Source: Elusimicrobiota bacterium (GTDB lineage: Bacteria > Elusimicrobiota > Elusimicrobia > Elusimicrobiales > UBA9959). From it: a stretch of 64,000 bases of DNA. Below, piece after piece: positions 1-8,264 of the stretch. Numbering within the stretch: the stretch's first letter is position 1; every line of letters starts with the position of its first letter. The stretch spans positions 4,177 to 68,176 of the forward strand of contig JAUSCK010000173.1 of assembly GCA_030651035.1 (NCBI GenBank). Direction: 5' to 3'. A program made the translations under genes and the position numbers. A model generated the notes under the pieces. The model had not been told where the DNA came from. It did no database searches and worked only from the letters and a program-made list of their open reading frames with translations.

Positions 1-576
1 CCAAAAGAGCGGCCAGGTTGCCTCTGGCACATTTCCATTTCCAACAAAGCCAATAAATGAGCGAATGCCTCGGTTTTCAAGGTATCTAATCAGATCTTGC
101 AATAATTCTATTTCAAGCCCCTCTGCTGAACCGAGTCGCTGCTTTAGTATTTTGTGAAGTTCATGCCAGGACACCCAGAATATTTTAGGATTAACCTTTG
201 AAACTGCTGGCGGAACTGAATCCAAGGTTACATATACGACATGATCAAGAATCTTGGAGTATCTATCTAACTGCCCATCACCAGATTCCTCAGCCAAATA
301 TTTCACCTCTATCCCAAGCCTATAATCGCTGCCCCTCAATTCCAAGTCGATTTCACTTTCAGCCGAGATACGGCTCCAAAAAACAAATCGGTAGTCGTCC
401 CCCAAAAGAGATGGGTCATATTTAGACCCTGTTACCAAATTCTTCGCCTCCGCCAGAAATGATCTCAAAACAGGGCGAAGGAACGCGTATTTCAATACCC
501 CAAACACCGTAGAGGTTAAAGCATCCTCCTGATCAGATAACCCTCCACATTTACCTTTCAATTCTGCCTCAATCAT
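1..576 (-). CDS. Partial CDS (5' end in window, runs off left edge): hypothetical protein with weak PD-(D/E)xK-like motif
   Basis: Not in the supplied ORF track because it has no stop in the window. My reverse-complement translation from ATG 576-574 gives 192 stop-free codons (MIEAELKGKCGGLSDQEDALTSTVFGVLKY...SEIDLELRGSDYRLGIEVKY...) in an AT-rich stretch. GAAGG lies about 7 nt upstream of the ATG. Confidence 0.5.
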   Translation of the reverse strand, partial: MIEAELKGKCGGLSDQEDALTSTVFGVLKYAFLRPVLRSFLAEAKNLVTGSKYDPSLLGDDYRFVFWSRISAESEIDLELRGSDYRLGIEVKYLAEESGDGQLDRYSKILDHVVYVTLDSVPPAVSKVNPKIFWVSWHELHKILKQRLGSAEGLEIELLQDLIRYLENRGIRSFIGFVGNGNVPEATWPLFW

Positions 577-802
577 AAGTAACCTTCAATTTAACTTTCT
601 CGCGCAACTCCCTGCAGAGGTTAAGCCAGGCGCCGCTTTCCCCTGTTATCACAGCCATCCCGGCCTGTGGGGCAAAGATCGGCCGATATGAGGCGGTTCT
701 TTTGCCTGCCCAGTGCCTGCGGGACGCGCGAAACCTCGGCATTACTGCCTTGAGCAGTTGAATAACTAGAATGAAGACAATAACGAGAATCAGCAGTTTC
801 AT
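569..802 (-). CDS. Small hypothetical protein with N-terminal hydrophobic helix
   Basis: 77-aa track ORF. The N-terminus MKLLILVIVFILVIQLL looks transmembrane. It overlaps the next start by 8 nt. The rest of the sequence is not protein-family-like. Confidence 0.3.
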   Translation of the reverse strand: MKLLILVIVFILVIQLLKAVMPRFRASRRHWAGKRTASYRPIFAPQAGMAVITGESGAWLNLCRELREKVKLKVTYD

Positions 803-819
803 GAGCGAATATATTCCCT

Positions 820-1824
820 TTAATGGGTCCGCTTCAGCAGTACCATGTCTCGGTGGAAATCCAGATATTGTTTCTGCTGTGCAGAGAATGTGCCGGCATA
901 AAATCCCGCTTCCGGAATTTTCATTTTATCCAGCGAATAGCGATCTGCTACAGGCGAAATTATCAAACTGCCGGTGTTCTCAAACGAGATGAAGCCACGA
1001 TCAAACAGATGATCTATTGTTGGAGTTAGGAGAAGCCCATTTTCTCCGTCGAGTCGCTGATCATTGTCTGATTCGCGCCAGGGTCTTATATGGCTGCCGA
1101 TGAGATGTTCGGGGTTGCTTACTTTTGTAATGCGGCAGGCTTTTTCGATGCGCATTACGCGTTGCTTAAACAGGCCTTGGCCAATGCGCGCGTTTGTCAG
1201 CGACACTCTTACCGTATTGGTAATATGGCTATCTATTTCAATTTTCTTCTGCTCGGCGTTTTCCCAGTTAACTATAGCGCGGGAGTCATCAATAATTGTG
1301 GCGGCAGTATCCGCTGCTGCAAAGCTATTGAGAGAAAACTCTTTGGCTTCCTGTCCAATAAGGCCAATGATAACCTGCGCCATCTCCTTGGGAACTTCAA
1401 ACAAATACGCCTGGTTCCCGTCGCCATTCACCTGCAGCGGGGCATAATGCGCCGGCTGCAATGGGCCGAGAATAGGCATGTGGGATCTGGGCTCTATGGC
1501 GTTATTTAGCAGTTTATAATCTACCGCCACCATCCACCCAAGTTTAGGGTGCCAGTGTGGTCCTATATCACCGAACTCCTCTGGCTTGGGAGAAGGTACA
1601 GCACAGTAACGCACAATGCTGATTGCCTTAATGCGTCTATCCACGAAAGAAAAAACCACATCTCCCGGGGCCATATCACGCATATTCTCGTAAGCATGGT
1701 TGTACCCGCCATTACTATTGCGCCGTGGGGACCAAAGATACCCGCCTTCAAACTCTTGTTCAAAGGTTTGGTTCTGGCTTACCCACCAGTATTTAGTCAC
1801 GCGGTTTAGCGGGCTGTCAGGCAT
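820..1824 (-). CDS. HNH_2-type endonuclease with N-terminal reader-like (possibly PUA/EVE-like) domain
   Basis: The C-terminus carries ARIGQGLFKQRV...CRIT...LIGSHIRPW...NGLLLTPTIDHLFDRGFISF, the HNH_2 pattern. The N-terminal domain (KYWWVSQNQ...GGYLWSP...) fold assignment is inference. I prefer the ATG at 1824, 4 nt after the upstream stop; the track ORF starts at a GTG at 1854. Confidence 0.75.
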   Translation of the reverse strand: MPDSPLNRVTKYWWVSQNQTFEQEFEGGYLWSPRRNSNGGYNHAYENMRDMAPGDVVFSFVDRRIKAISIVRYCAVPSPKPEEFGDIGPHWHPKLGWMVAVDYKLLNNAIEPRSHMPILGPLQPAHYAPLQVNGDGNQAYLFEVPKEMAQVIIGLIGQEAKEFSLNSFAAADTAATIIDDSRAIVNWENAEQKKIEIDSHITNTVRVSLTNARIGQGLFKQRVMRIEKACRITKVSNPEHLIGSHIRPWRESDNDQRLDGENGLLLTPTIDHLFDRGFISFENTGSLIISPVADRYSLDKMKIPEAGFYAGTFSAQQKQYLDFHRDMVLLKRTH

Positions 1825-1828
1825 AGCT

Positions 1829-3820
1829 CTATATCTGCTGAAAACCAATTCCACTCAAATACTGATAGGTTGAGTCATAATAACCCGGCGCTCGTGTATG
1901 GTCATCGGGATCACCTTGTGGGACCACAATTACCATCCCTTGCCGGGCACGGGTAAGGAGCACGCGGTAGGCGTTCTTTTGGTAGTCTTTGCGCACATCT
2001 TTAAGGATGCGCAGCCATTTGTTGCCTTTAAAGGACCAGTTCTCCCAACCATTAGGCGTGTGGCGCATATCTGCGTCCCATGTGACGCAGGCCCAATCAA
2101 GCTCCAAGCCCTGCACATGGAATTCAGTGGCGACATCTTCCAAATAATAGGACGAGCGCACATCGTCCTTGCCGGCCAGGAACCAATCGACCGGGTCAAC
2201 AGGCGATTTCACGTCGATAGCGTAGGGTTTAAGGCGCTCGGCCTGGGAAGATACAACTATCCCATAGCGCTCGGTGCCCTGCGCACGCGCCTTAAGCCAG
2301 TCCTTGGCCTTCTTCAGGTCGCGGGTAAGCACTATGGGGTAGTTGGTGCCAATGGCCTTAAGCGTTTCCTTGGCAGAAGCGGCCTCCAAGTCCAACACCT
2401 TCTTAACTAGCTCGGAAACGCGCTCTGCACGGAAAGAGCGCAGTGAAACAGCCAGGTGCAACTCGTCCTTATATTCCACCTTTAGCGACGTCTCATTTAA
2501 TTTGGTAATAATCGAACCAGCGCCGTACTCGCTGTCGGTAAGGCGCGGCGAAATGTGGACGTCCCAGCCGGGGAACTTGCGCAGGAGCGAGTCTATCCAC
2601 TCGCTTATGCCGGCCTCGCCCGTGTTTATTTCTTGGCCGCCGCCCACCAGGCACACTATCACGGCCCAGTCCGGGTGCCGGTCCAGGCAGGAGATTAAAA
2701 ACTCCGGCTCGGATTGGTTAAAACCTTTGATCTTCTTCTTACGGCTCATGAAGTTGGCCGTCTGCTGCAGGTCCCAGGCCCGTTGGGCCTCGTCGAATAG
2801 CGCCACGTGCTCTATGGGAGGCTTCGCATCTATCAGGCATGAATCTCGGAAATTGTGAACATTCTGGACGAACATTTTAACTTCACTGAAGGCCGCCCCT
2901 TTTCTTACCTTGTTGCCCTTGGCCTTTTCATGCAGAACCCTGTCTCGGGCGAGGGCCTCGCGCAGAACCGCCACAAGCGGGCCATTGCCGGAAAGAAATA
3001 CGCTGTATAACTCATCGTCCTTGTTTATGTGTGTGGTGGCGATATTAAGGCCCACAAGGGTTTTCCCCGCGCCGGGCACGCCCGTTACAAAGCAGATGGC
3101 CTTGCGCGAGCCTGCACGGGCGGCGGATATTATTTGCGCCACGCTGGCAGAGGTCTGGGCCAGGTTTATGGCGCCAGCATCGCTTCTGGAGATCTCCGCT
3201 ACTTTATGCCCGCGGTATAAAGCCATGGCGGCTTCTACTATTGTAGGAGTAGGGGAGTAGCGTCCGCCCTCCCAGGTTTCTGCGGCTATGCTAGGGCCGT
3301 CCGTAAAGGATAGAGCCTTGGAAATAACATCTTCAATTTGTGAGGAAGCACATTTTATAGGGAAACAAAGCTTTGAATTATTTGCAGAGAAACCGATATT
3401 CACCGGTTGGGGCTGTGCCTGAGTGGAGACAAGCACCGGGGCCACATATTTGCCGTGGCTGGTTTCGTGGAAATTTGAAAGGTCCAGCGCGTAATCCAGC
3501 ACTTGGTCTACAGCATAAGCCGAAAAATCCTGGGCGCCAACTTTAAATTCCAGAACAAAGATAACGCGCTCGATTATGAGCACAACGTCTATCCTACGCC
3601 CCATGCGCGGGATGGAGTACTCAAAGTAGATCTTGCCCTGTTTCCCATTCAGACATTTTTGAAGAATAGATATCTGCTCCACCCAAGCTCCAGTTTGTTC
3701 TGGTGTGACTGGAAACCCCTCAGTGGCACTGGCGGTACTTAGACTACCAATTATCGCTGCTGAGGTAGTGGAGCAGAAGCGTGGGATTGAGTCTGAATAA
3801 TATTCTCTTTTCATAAACAC
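1829..3820 (-). CDS. DUF2075-family P-loop NTPase (Schlafen-helicase-like) with N-terminal nuclease-like module
   Basis: 663 aa. It has an N-terminal [19 protein letters not shown] (D..E.K) motif, Walker A GVPGAGKT, Walker B ALFDEAQ, and a C-terminal [17 protein letters not shown] motif. Confidence 0.85.
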   Translation of the reverse strand: MFMKREYYSDSIPRFCSTTSAAIIGSLSTASATEGFPVTPEQTGAWVEQISILQKCLNGKQGKIYFEYSIPRMGRRIDVVLIIERVIFVLEFKVGAQDFSAYAVDQVLDYALDLSNFHETSHGKYVAPVLVSTQAQPQPVNIGFSANNSKLCFPIKCASSQIEDVISKALSFTDGPSIAAETWEGGRYSPTPTIVEAAMALYRGHKVAEISRSDAGAINLAQTSASVAQIISAARAGSRKAICFVTGVPGAGKTLVGLNIATTHINKDDELYSVFLSGNGPLVAVLREALARDRVLHEKAKGNKVRKGAAFSEVKMFVQNVHNFRDSCLIDAKPPIEHVALFDEAQRAWDLQQTANFMSRKKKIKGFNQSEPEFLISCLDRHPDWAVIVCLVGGGQEINTGEAGISEWIDSLLRKFPGWDVHISPRLTDSEYGAGSIITKLNETSLKVEYKDELHLAVSLRSFRAERVSELVKKVLDLEAASAKETLKAIGTNYPIVLTRDLKKAKDWLKARAQGTERYGIVVSSQAERLKPYAIDVKSPVDPVDWFLAGKDDVRSSYYLEDVATEFHVQGLELDWACVTWDADMRHTPNGWENWSFKGNKWLRILKDVRKDYQKNAYRVLLTRARQGMVIVVPQGDPDDHTRAPGYYDSTYQYLSGIGFQQI

Positions 3821-3826
3821 GTAGTC

Positions 3827-4750
3827 TCACTCTAGATAGCGATTTTGATTATGCCAACTCAAGAAATCAGCAGACGGGCGGTCTTGTATTCTTTCAGGTA
3901 CAGCTTTTAATTCTGTTCCATCCAAGGCATAGTAATCTTTTCCGTTTTCAAATTCCTGACGAATACGTTTGCTAATCAAAACATGCGAGTCTGGAGTAAC
4001 TGTAACATATCCTTGATCAAACAATATGTGCAGGTCTGACCGGAGCAAAAGGCCATTTCTTATAAGATGTGGTCCTTGCTCAGCATACGGCTTTATATGG
4101 GCAGCTTCAAGCACCGGGAGAGTCTTCTCTCCGGAAATAGCACACCTACGATGATAGCTTTCGGTCACCAACACTCTAAATGCGCCCTGTCCAAGACGCG
4201 GTTTAACTAAAAGAGGATTTCCATAGCGTGCGCTCGGCTCTGCAGCAGGATATGTTAGTGATGTCACAACTGTCGCAGGAATGCGTTCACGAAGCGCATT
4301 AATTAAATAAGTGGACTCTTGCTCAGAAGACTCGTAGCTTTTACCTGTGACAATGTTTTTCTTAAAGCTGTCCGGAACAGGAATCCAATCGGATTCCTCC
4401 AGAAAGAATGGCTGAGTCAAAATAATACAACCTATCTGGGGGTCATGGCTCATGTTCTCTCGGCGATATTTGCGAATGCGGTCCATAAACTGTGCAATAG
4501 ATTCAACTCCATTCGCTCTTCCAAACGCCTTCCAAGCCATAGAAACTGGCAAAAAAGAATGCCGAACAAAATATCCTCCGCCCACAATAAAGTTTCTGGG
4601 ATGATGCAGTTTGAATAAGAAAAGACCTTCCTCAGGCAATACCCGGAAGACAGTATTCCCTCCAGGCTGCCAGAAATTAACTTCTTCTGGCTTGAGCGCC
4701 TTAAGTTGGTTATACCAATCGCTATCTGTAATGCCGATGTAGAATTTCAT
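3827..4750 (-). CDS. HNH_2-type endonuclease with distinct N-terminal domain
   Basis: 307 aa. The C-terminus reads GQGAFRVLVTESYHRRCAISGEKTLPVLEAAHIKPY...NGLLLRSDLHILFDQGYVTV. The N-terminus reads MKFYIGITDSDWYNQL...NFWQPGG...LFLFKLHHP. It sits 6 nt upstream of the DUF2075 gene. Confidence 0.8.
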   Translation of the reverse strand: MKFYIGITDSDWYNQLKALKPEEVNFWQPGGNTVFRVLPEEGLFLFKLHHPRNFIVGGGYFVRHSFLPVSMAWKAFGRANGVESIAQFMDRIRKYRRENMSHDPQIGCIILTQPFFLEESDWIPVPDSFKKNIVTGKSYESSEQESTYLINALRERIPATVVTSLTYPAAEPSARYGNPLLVKPRLGQGAFRVLVTESYHRRCAISGEKTLPVLEAAHIKPYAEQGPHLIRNGLLLRSDLHILFDQGYVTVTPDSHVLISKRIRQEFENGKDYYALDGTELKAVPERIQDRPSADFLSWHNQNRYLE

Positions 4751-4797
4751 TTAATCTGAAAACAGATTCCTTGTTGCCTTCGCCACGCACAGCATCC

Positions 4798-6012
4798 CTA
4801 TAAGGTTTTGTCGGACGCAAACGGTCCTTTTTCAGCCATCATCTTTTTTAGCACTTCTCTTTGTTCAGGAAATCCAAATGCGTAAGAAATACTTGTAGCA
4901 ACCTCCAGTATTTTCTCGAACACGATATCCTTATCAAAAAAATCCTCCCCTTTGAAAACCACCTCCCATTCCAAAGAAGAATCGACAGATGTCTTATTCG
5001 AGCCATAGAAATGATAACCAGGAGGCGTGCAAGGGATAGTCGTAATACCTAAGATTTTATCAATCTTAATGATAAATCTAACCGCACCAGTATACCCCCC
5101 GGCTTTACACAGTTTTTCACCAACTCGTGCAAACAAATCCATAAACATTATTATTCGGTTTAGTGGGAGTTCTTGAGATTGAATCGCTTTGTTTTCTCCA
5201 AGCTTCTGAATCCCCATGTCTTTCTTAAGGAAAATGTAGCCATAATGATTAATCTCAAGATATTTAAAATCCCCAGTCTCTTGGCGATAGTCCATATAGG
5301 ATGCCCCACCTTGGACAGTGCGCAGTGACTCTATCATGTCGGGGAAGCTTACCCCATATCCTTGAGTCCAAACCCTTTCTCTTACTTTAGGCATTTCACT
5401 TTCTTTAAATAATGGAGAATAAGGGAACAGCGGCCCCATAGACATCGAAACAACCCCAAAGGGAATATCTAATTTATTTAGTTTTTCATTATTCCTGCAT
5501 CGTGCATTTATAGATTCCAAGATCTTCTCTCTTAAAATTTCTGCTTTTTGTTTACGATTCTTTAGCCATTCAACCCTTTCCAGCGTTGCCAAATCATCAG
5601 GTGTATTTACATCTCCAGTTCTAACATATGGACGATTGTGGCGAATCGTATATGGCGTATCTATTTGCTCAGCGATTCTGATTACGACAAAACATTTGTC
5701 ATCTTTAATGCAAACAGCTGTTTCAGGATTTACTGGTGGGTAAATATTGTCCGAAACAATTCGCATGACCCTTTCTGAAAGACCATCTACATATTTAATA
5801 CCATTGGATGTCTGATCAGGGAACCCATCAGCATCCTTAACACCAATTATTACTATCCCGCCATAAGTATTCGCGAAAGCACAGATTGTTTTAGGCAAAC
5901 TGCTCGAAAAGTCTTCTTTGTAATCGAGGTTTACACTTTCTCTAACTTTCAGAGCAATAAACCCCATGCAATCATCATAAGTGATATCAGTAATCTTTTT
6001 AGAAAATATCAT
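4798..6012 (-). CDS. AlbA_2 (Schlafen-core-like) domain protein
   Basis: The N-terminus reads ESVNLDYKEDFSSSLPKTICAFANTYGGIVIIGVKD. The ATG at 6012 forms an ATGA overlap with the upstream stop (6011-6009). The gene is markedly AT-richer than the upstream gene. Confidence 0.75.
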   Translation of the reverse strand: MIFSKKITDITYDDCMGFIALKVRESVNLDYKEDFSSSLPKTICAFANTYGGIVIIGVKDADGFPDQTSNGIKYVDGLSERVMRIVSDNIYPPVNPETAVCIKDDKCFVVIRIAEQIDTPYTIRHNRPYVRTGDVNTPDDLATLERVEWLKNRKQKAEILREKILESINARCRNNEKLNKLDIPFGVVSMSMGPLFPYSPLFKESEMPKVRERVWTQGYGVSFPDMIESLRTVQGGASYMDYRQETGDFKYLEINHYGYIFLKKDMGIQKLGENKAIQSQELPLNRIIMFMDLFARVGEKLCKAGGYTGAVRFIIKIDKILGITTIPCTPPGYHFYGSNKTSVDSSLEWEVVFKGEDFFDKDIVFEKILEVATSISYAFGFPEQREVLKKMMAEKGPFASDKTL

Positions 6013-8264
6013 AAGGCCTCGCACTGCCCCACCACTTCCGCTACCACCATGAACTCTTCGTCTTCCGCGTTCGGGATCACTATGGGGCTGTAGGCCGGGT
6101 TCAGCGGCTGCAGGATTATTTCTTCGTGCTGCCAGGCGCCGTCGGGGGCGTATTTCTTTTTGCTGGTATATTTCTTAGCCAGAAAACTTCTGATGAAGTT
6201 TTCCACCCGCATAGCGGGCGCCCTGCGGGTGGCATACACCCCGTCGGGCCTGGCGCGCATAGCGCTTGGCCCTCCGCCCGCTTCGCGGGTAATTCCGCAA
6301 GCGGAATTAGGGATAACGGTGTAGCTGCCGCCGGCGTCTGGGTCGGCTATGCTGCTGTGCTGTACCAGTACCAGCTTGTTCTGGCGGCTGCCGCCCGGGT
6401 TGGCGCGGAATACGCAGTAGTCGCCGTCCTGCAATTTGGGCTCCATGCTGCGCCCGGCCACTTGCGCGGCGAACATGTTGTGGTCGGGCTTCAGGCCGGG
6501 AGGGCATTTTATCCAGCCAAGCGGCTCTACGGCCATGCCGCGGCCGAAATTGCCGCAGGCGGCCTGCAGGCTGAAGACGGGGAGGTAAGCCACAAATTTC
6601 AGGGCGGCGGCCACTTCTTCTTCTATCCTGAAAAGCACTTTAAGCGCGGCAGCCGCGGGCGCGGCTTGGGCTGCCGGCGCGGGCGCGAGGAGGGCCTTAA
6701 AGTGCCGGGCGGTTTCTTCGTCCGTAAAGTGCACGTAGCAGCCCTTCGCCTGAAAACTTCTGCTGAAGTTTTCCGCCCGCATAGCGGGCGCCCTTCGGGA
6801 GGCATACACCCCCTCGGGCCGGGCGCGCATAGCGCTGGGCCCTCGGCCCGCTGCGCGGGGAATCCTGCGAAGCGCAGGATTCGGGTTAAGGCCCCTGGTC
6901 ATAAGGGTGCGGTAGGTGGAGGACTCCGCCAGCTCCAGGCCCTGGCAGGTGGGGCGCCCGGGATCCTTCTTGCTGAGCCAGGGCCAGCAGTAGCCGGCCA
7001 CCACGCGGGCTTTGTTGCTGGTGTTCTTCTGGCGGATAAGGGCATGCAGTTGGGCGGGGTCGTCGAGCACCCTGAAATCGTAGTCGCCGGTATCCAGCGT
7101 GTCGTTGGCGCTGGCTTTGGCTATGCCAAGGGCATAGTCCAGCCAGGCCAGGTAGCCGGGGGAGAGGGGGCAGGTTACTTTCTCCCTTGGGCGGTGGTCA
7201 CGCATAAACCGCATAGCGGTTTTGCGCGACCCCGCCTCGGCGATTTTCGATGAAAAATCGCCTCCGGTCTTGCGGCCCGGACGCGAGGCGTAATTATGCC
7301 TCGCTCTAAAGCCGGGCCTCACTTCGTCCACAATAAGGCAGTCGTACTCGTTGGGCCGGGCCTTGTGGAAGGTTTCGGAACTGCGGAACATGTTATCTAT
7401 GCGGCTGCGTTTTAGTGTACCGGCAAGTTTGGCCGCGTACACAAGGCGGGGCGCGGAATTGCGCGTTACGTACTGCTGGTTGCCCCGCGCCGGTAAGTTC
7501 CTGCTGGAACTTACCCCCCGCATAGCGGGGGCCCCTTCGGGGCGGCATACACCCCCTCGGGCCTGGCGCGCATAGCGCTTGGCCCTCGGCCCGCTGCTGC
7601 GGGGAATCCAGCCGTGCCCGGCAGGATTCGGGTTAAGCATCCCGGCCAGGCTGTCGGCCAGGTTATTGGACGGTTTTATTTTGCCGTTGTTTCTAAGGAA
7701 GGGGAGGCGCTTGGCCGAAAAGTTTCTGCTGAAACTTTTTCCCCGCATAGCGGGGACCCGTGCCGGGCGGCATACACCCTCTCGGACACTGCGCGCATAG
7801 CGCTTGGTCCTCGACCCGCTGCTGCGGGGAATTCTGCCTGGCACGGCAGAATTCGGGTTATAAGTCCAGGCCTGGTAGGAAGGGTGCGGGGTCTCCTGCG
7901 GGCCGCCTTTGAAGGTGGTTACTACTATGCCGTCCTTGGCGGTGAGGTCCGCCTGCTGCCACTGCTTTAGTTCCACCAGGATGGCGGTGTCGGTGTGTTG
8001 GGCGTCGGTGCCGGTGAGGATGAAGTCTATGCGCTTGCTGGAGCGCGGGATGTGGTATTCGATGGCCACGCCGGCGGTGGCGGGGATGGCGGGGTCTTCC
8101 AGTACGGCATGCATGTAGCGCAACGAGTTGGTCCAGGAGTCTATTTCCGAGCGCTTGGTGCCGTGGCCGGTTACGGCTTTGAAGGTGTCGAAGATGATCC
8201 CGCCGATGTCGTTGCCCATGACATCCTGCCGGAAGCGGGCCTTGGTGGCGGTGTAGACTATCAC
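6009..8264 (-). CDS. DUF2075-like / C-terminal S24 (LexA/UmuD-type) peptidase-like fusion ORF, repeat-riddled and probably degenerate
   Basis: 751-aa open frame. It has the DUF2075 N-terminal motif (KRIDFILTG...AILVELKQW, HPSYQAW), CLIVDE (Walker B-like), YLAWLDYALGI, and a C-terminal GRSMEPKLQDGDYCVF motif. I found no Walker A. Repeat copies sit where the P-loop and the post-DExH segments are expected. Confidence 0.6.
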   Translation of the reverse strand: MIVYTATKARFRQDVMGNDIGGIIFDTFKAVTGHGTKRSEIDSWTNSLRYMHAVLEDPAIPATAGVAIEYHIPRSSKRIDFILTGTDAQHTDTAILVELKQWQQADLTAKDGIVVTTFKGGPQETPHPSYQAWTYNPNSAVPGRIPRSSGSRTKRYARSVREGVCRPARVPAMRGKSFSRNFSAKRLPFLRNNGKIKPSNNLADSLAGMLNPNPAGHGWIPRSSGPRAKRYARQARGGVCRPEGAPAMRGVSSSRNLPARGNQQYVTRNSAPRLVYAAKLAGTLKRSRIDNMFRSSETFHKARPNEYDCLIVDEVRPGFRARHNYASRPGRKTGGDFSSKIAEAGSRKTAMRFMRDHRPREKVTCPLSPGYLAWLDYALGIAKASANDTLDTGDYDFRVLDDPAQLHALIRQKNTSNKARVVAGYCWPWLSKKDPGRPTCQGLELAESSTYRTLMTRGLNPNPALRRIPRAAGRGPSAMRARPEGVYASRRAPAMRAENFSRSFQAKGCYVHFTDEETARHFKALLAPAPAAQAAPAAAALKVLFRIEEEVAAALKFVAYLPVFSLQAACGNFGRGMAVEPLGWIKCPPGLKPDHNMFAAQVAGRSMEPKLQDGDYCVFRANPGGSRQNKLVLVQHSSIADPDAGGSYTVIPNSACGITREAGGGPSAMRARPDGVYATRRAPAMRVENFIRSFLAKKYTSKKKYAPDGAWQHEEIILQPLNPAYSPIVIPNAEDEEFMVVAEVVGQCEAL
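6174..6314 (+). repeat. Hairpin-rich interspersed repeat, copy A (in-frame inside ORF 6009..8264)
   Basis: It contains hairpin GAAAACTTC-tgat-GAAGTTTTC, CCGCATAGCGGG, GGCATACACCCC, GCGCGCATAGCGC and terminal hairpin TAATTCCGC/GCGGAATTA. It translates in the gene frame as 47 aa (141 nt). Confidence 0.85.
6744..6891 (+). repeat. Hairpin-rich interspersed repeat, copy B
   Basis: Same architecture as copy A, with GAAAACTTC-tgct-GAAGTTTTC, CGCCCGCATAGCGGGCG, GCGCGCATAGCGC and GAATCCTGCG-aag-CGCAGGATTC. Confidence 0.85.
7201..7320 (+). repeat. Divergent hairpin-rich segment, possibly a related repeat family member (copy E)
   Basis: It contains AAACCGCATAGCGGTTT, GGCGATTTTC-gatg-AAAAATCGCC and CGAGGC-gtaattat-GCCTCG. 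It shares the CCGCATAGCGG core, but the module order differs from copies A-D. Confidence 0.45.
7484..7637 (+). repeat. Hairpin-rich interspersed repeat, copy C
   Basis: It contains GGTAAGTTCC-tgct-GGAACTTACC (a compensated stem), CCGCATAGCGGGG, GCGCGCATAGCGC and GAATCCAGCCG...CGGCAGGATTC. Confidence 0.85.
7711..7864 (+). repeat. Hairpin-rich interspersed repeat, copy D
   Basis: It contains AAAAGTTTC-tgct-GAAACTTTT (a compensated stem), CCGCATAGCGGGG, GCGCGCATAGCGC and GAATTCTGCC-tggcac-GGCAGAATTC. Confidence 0.85.

Noticed and set aside
6126-7253. 375-aa plus-strand ORF across the repeat-containing region
   Set aside because: The translation is Gly/Ala/Arg-rich and motif-free. The opposite strand carries recognisable DUF2075 and S24 motifs.
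6174-7864. Possibility that the four repeats form a CRISPR array
   Set aside because: The units are about 140-155 bp rather than 25-40 bp, and their spacing is irregular (about 570, 740 and 230 bp). They lie inside a coding frame, and no cas genes are present.
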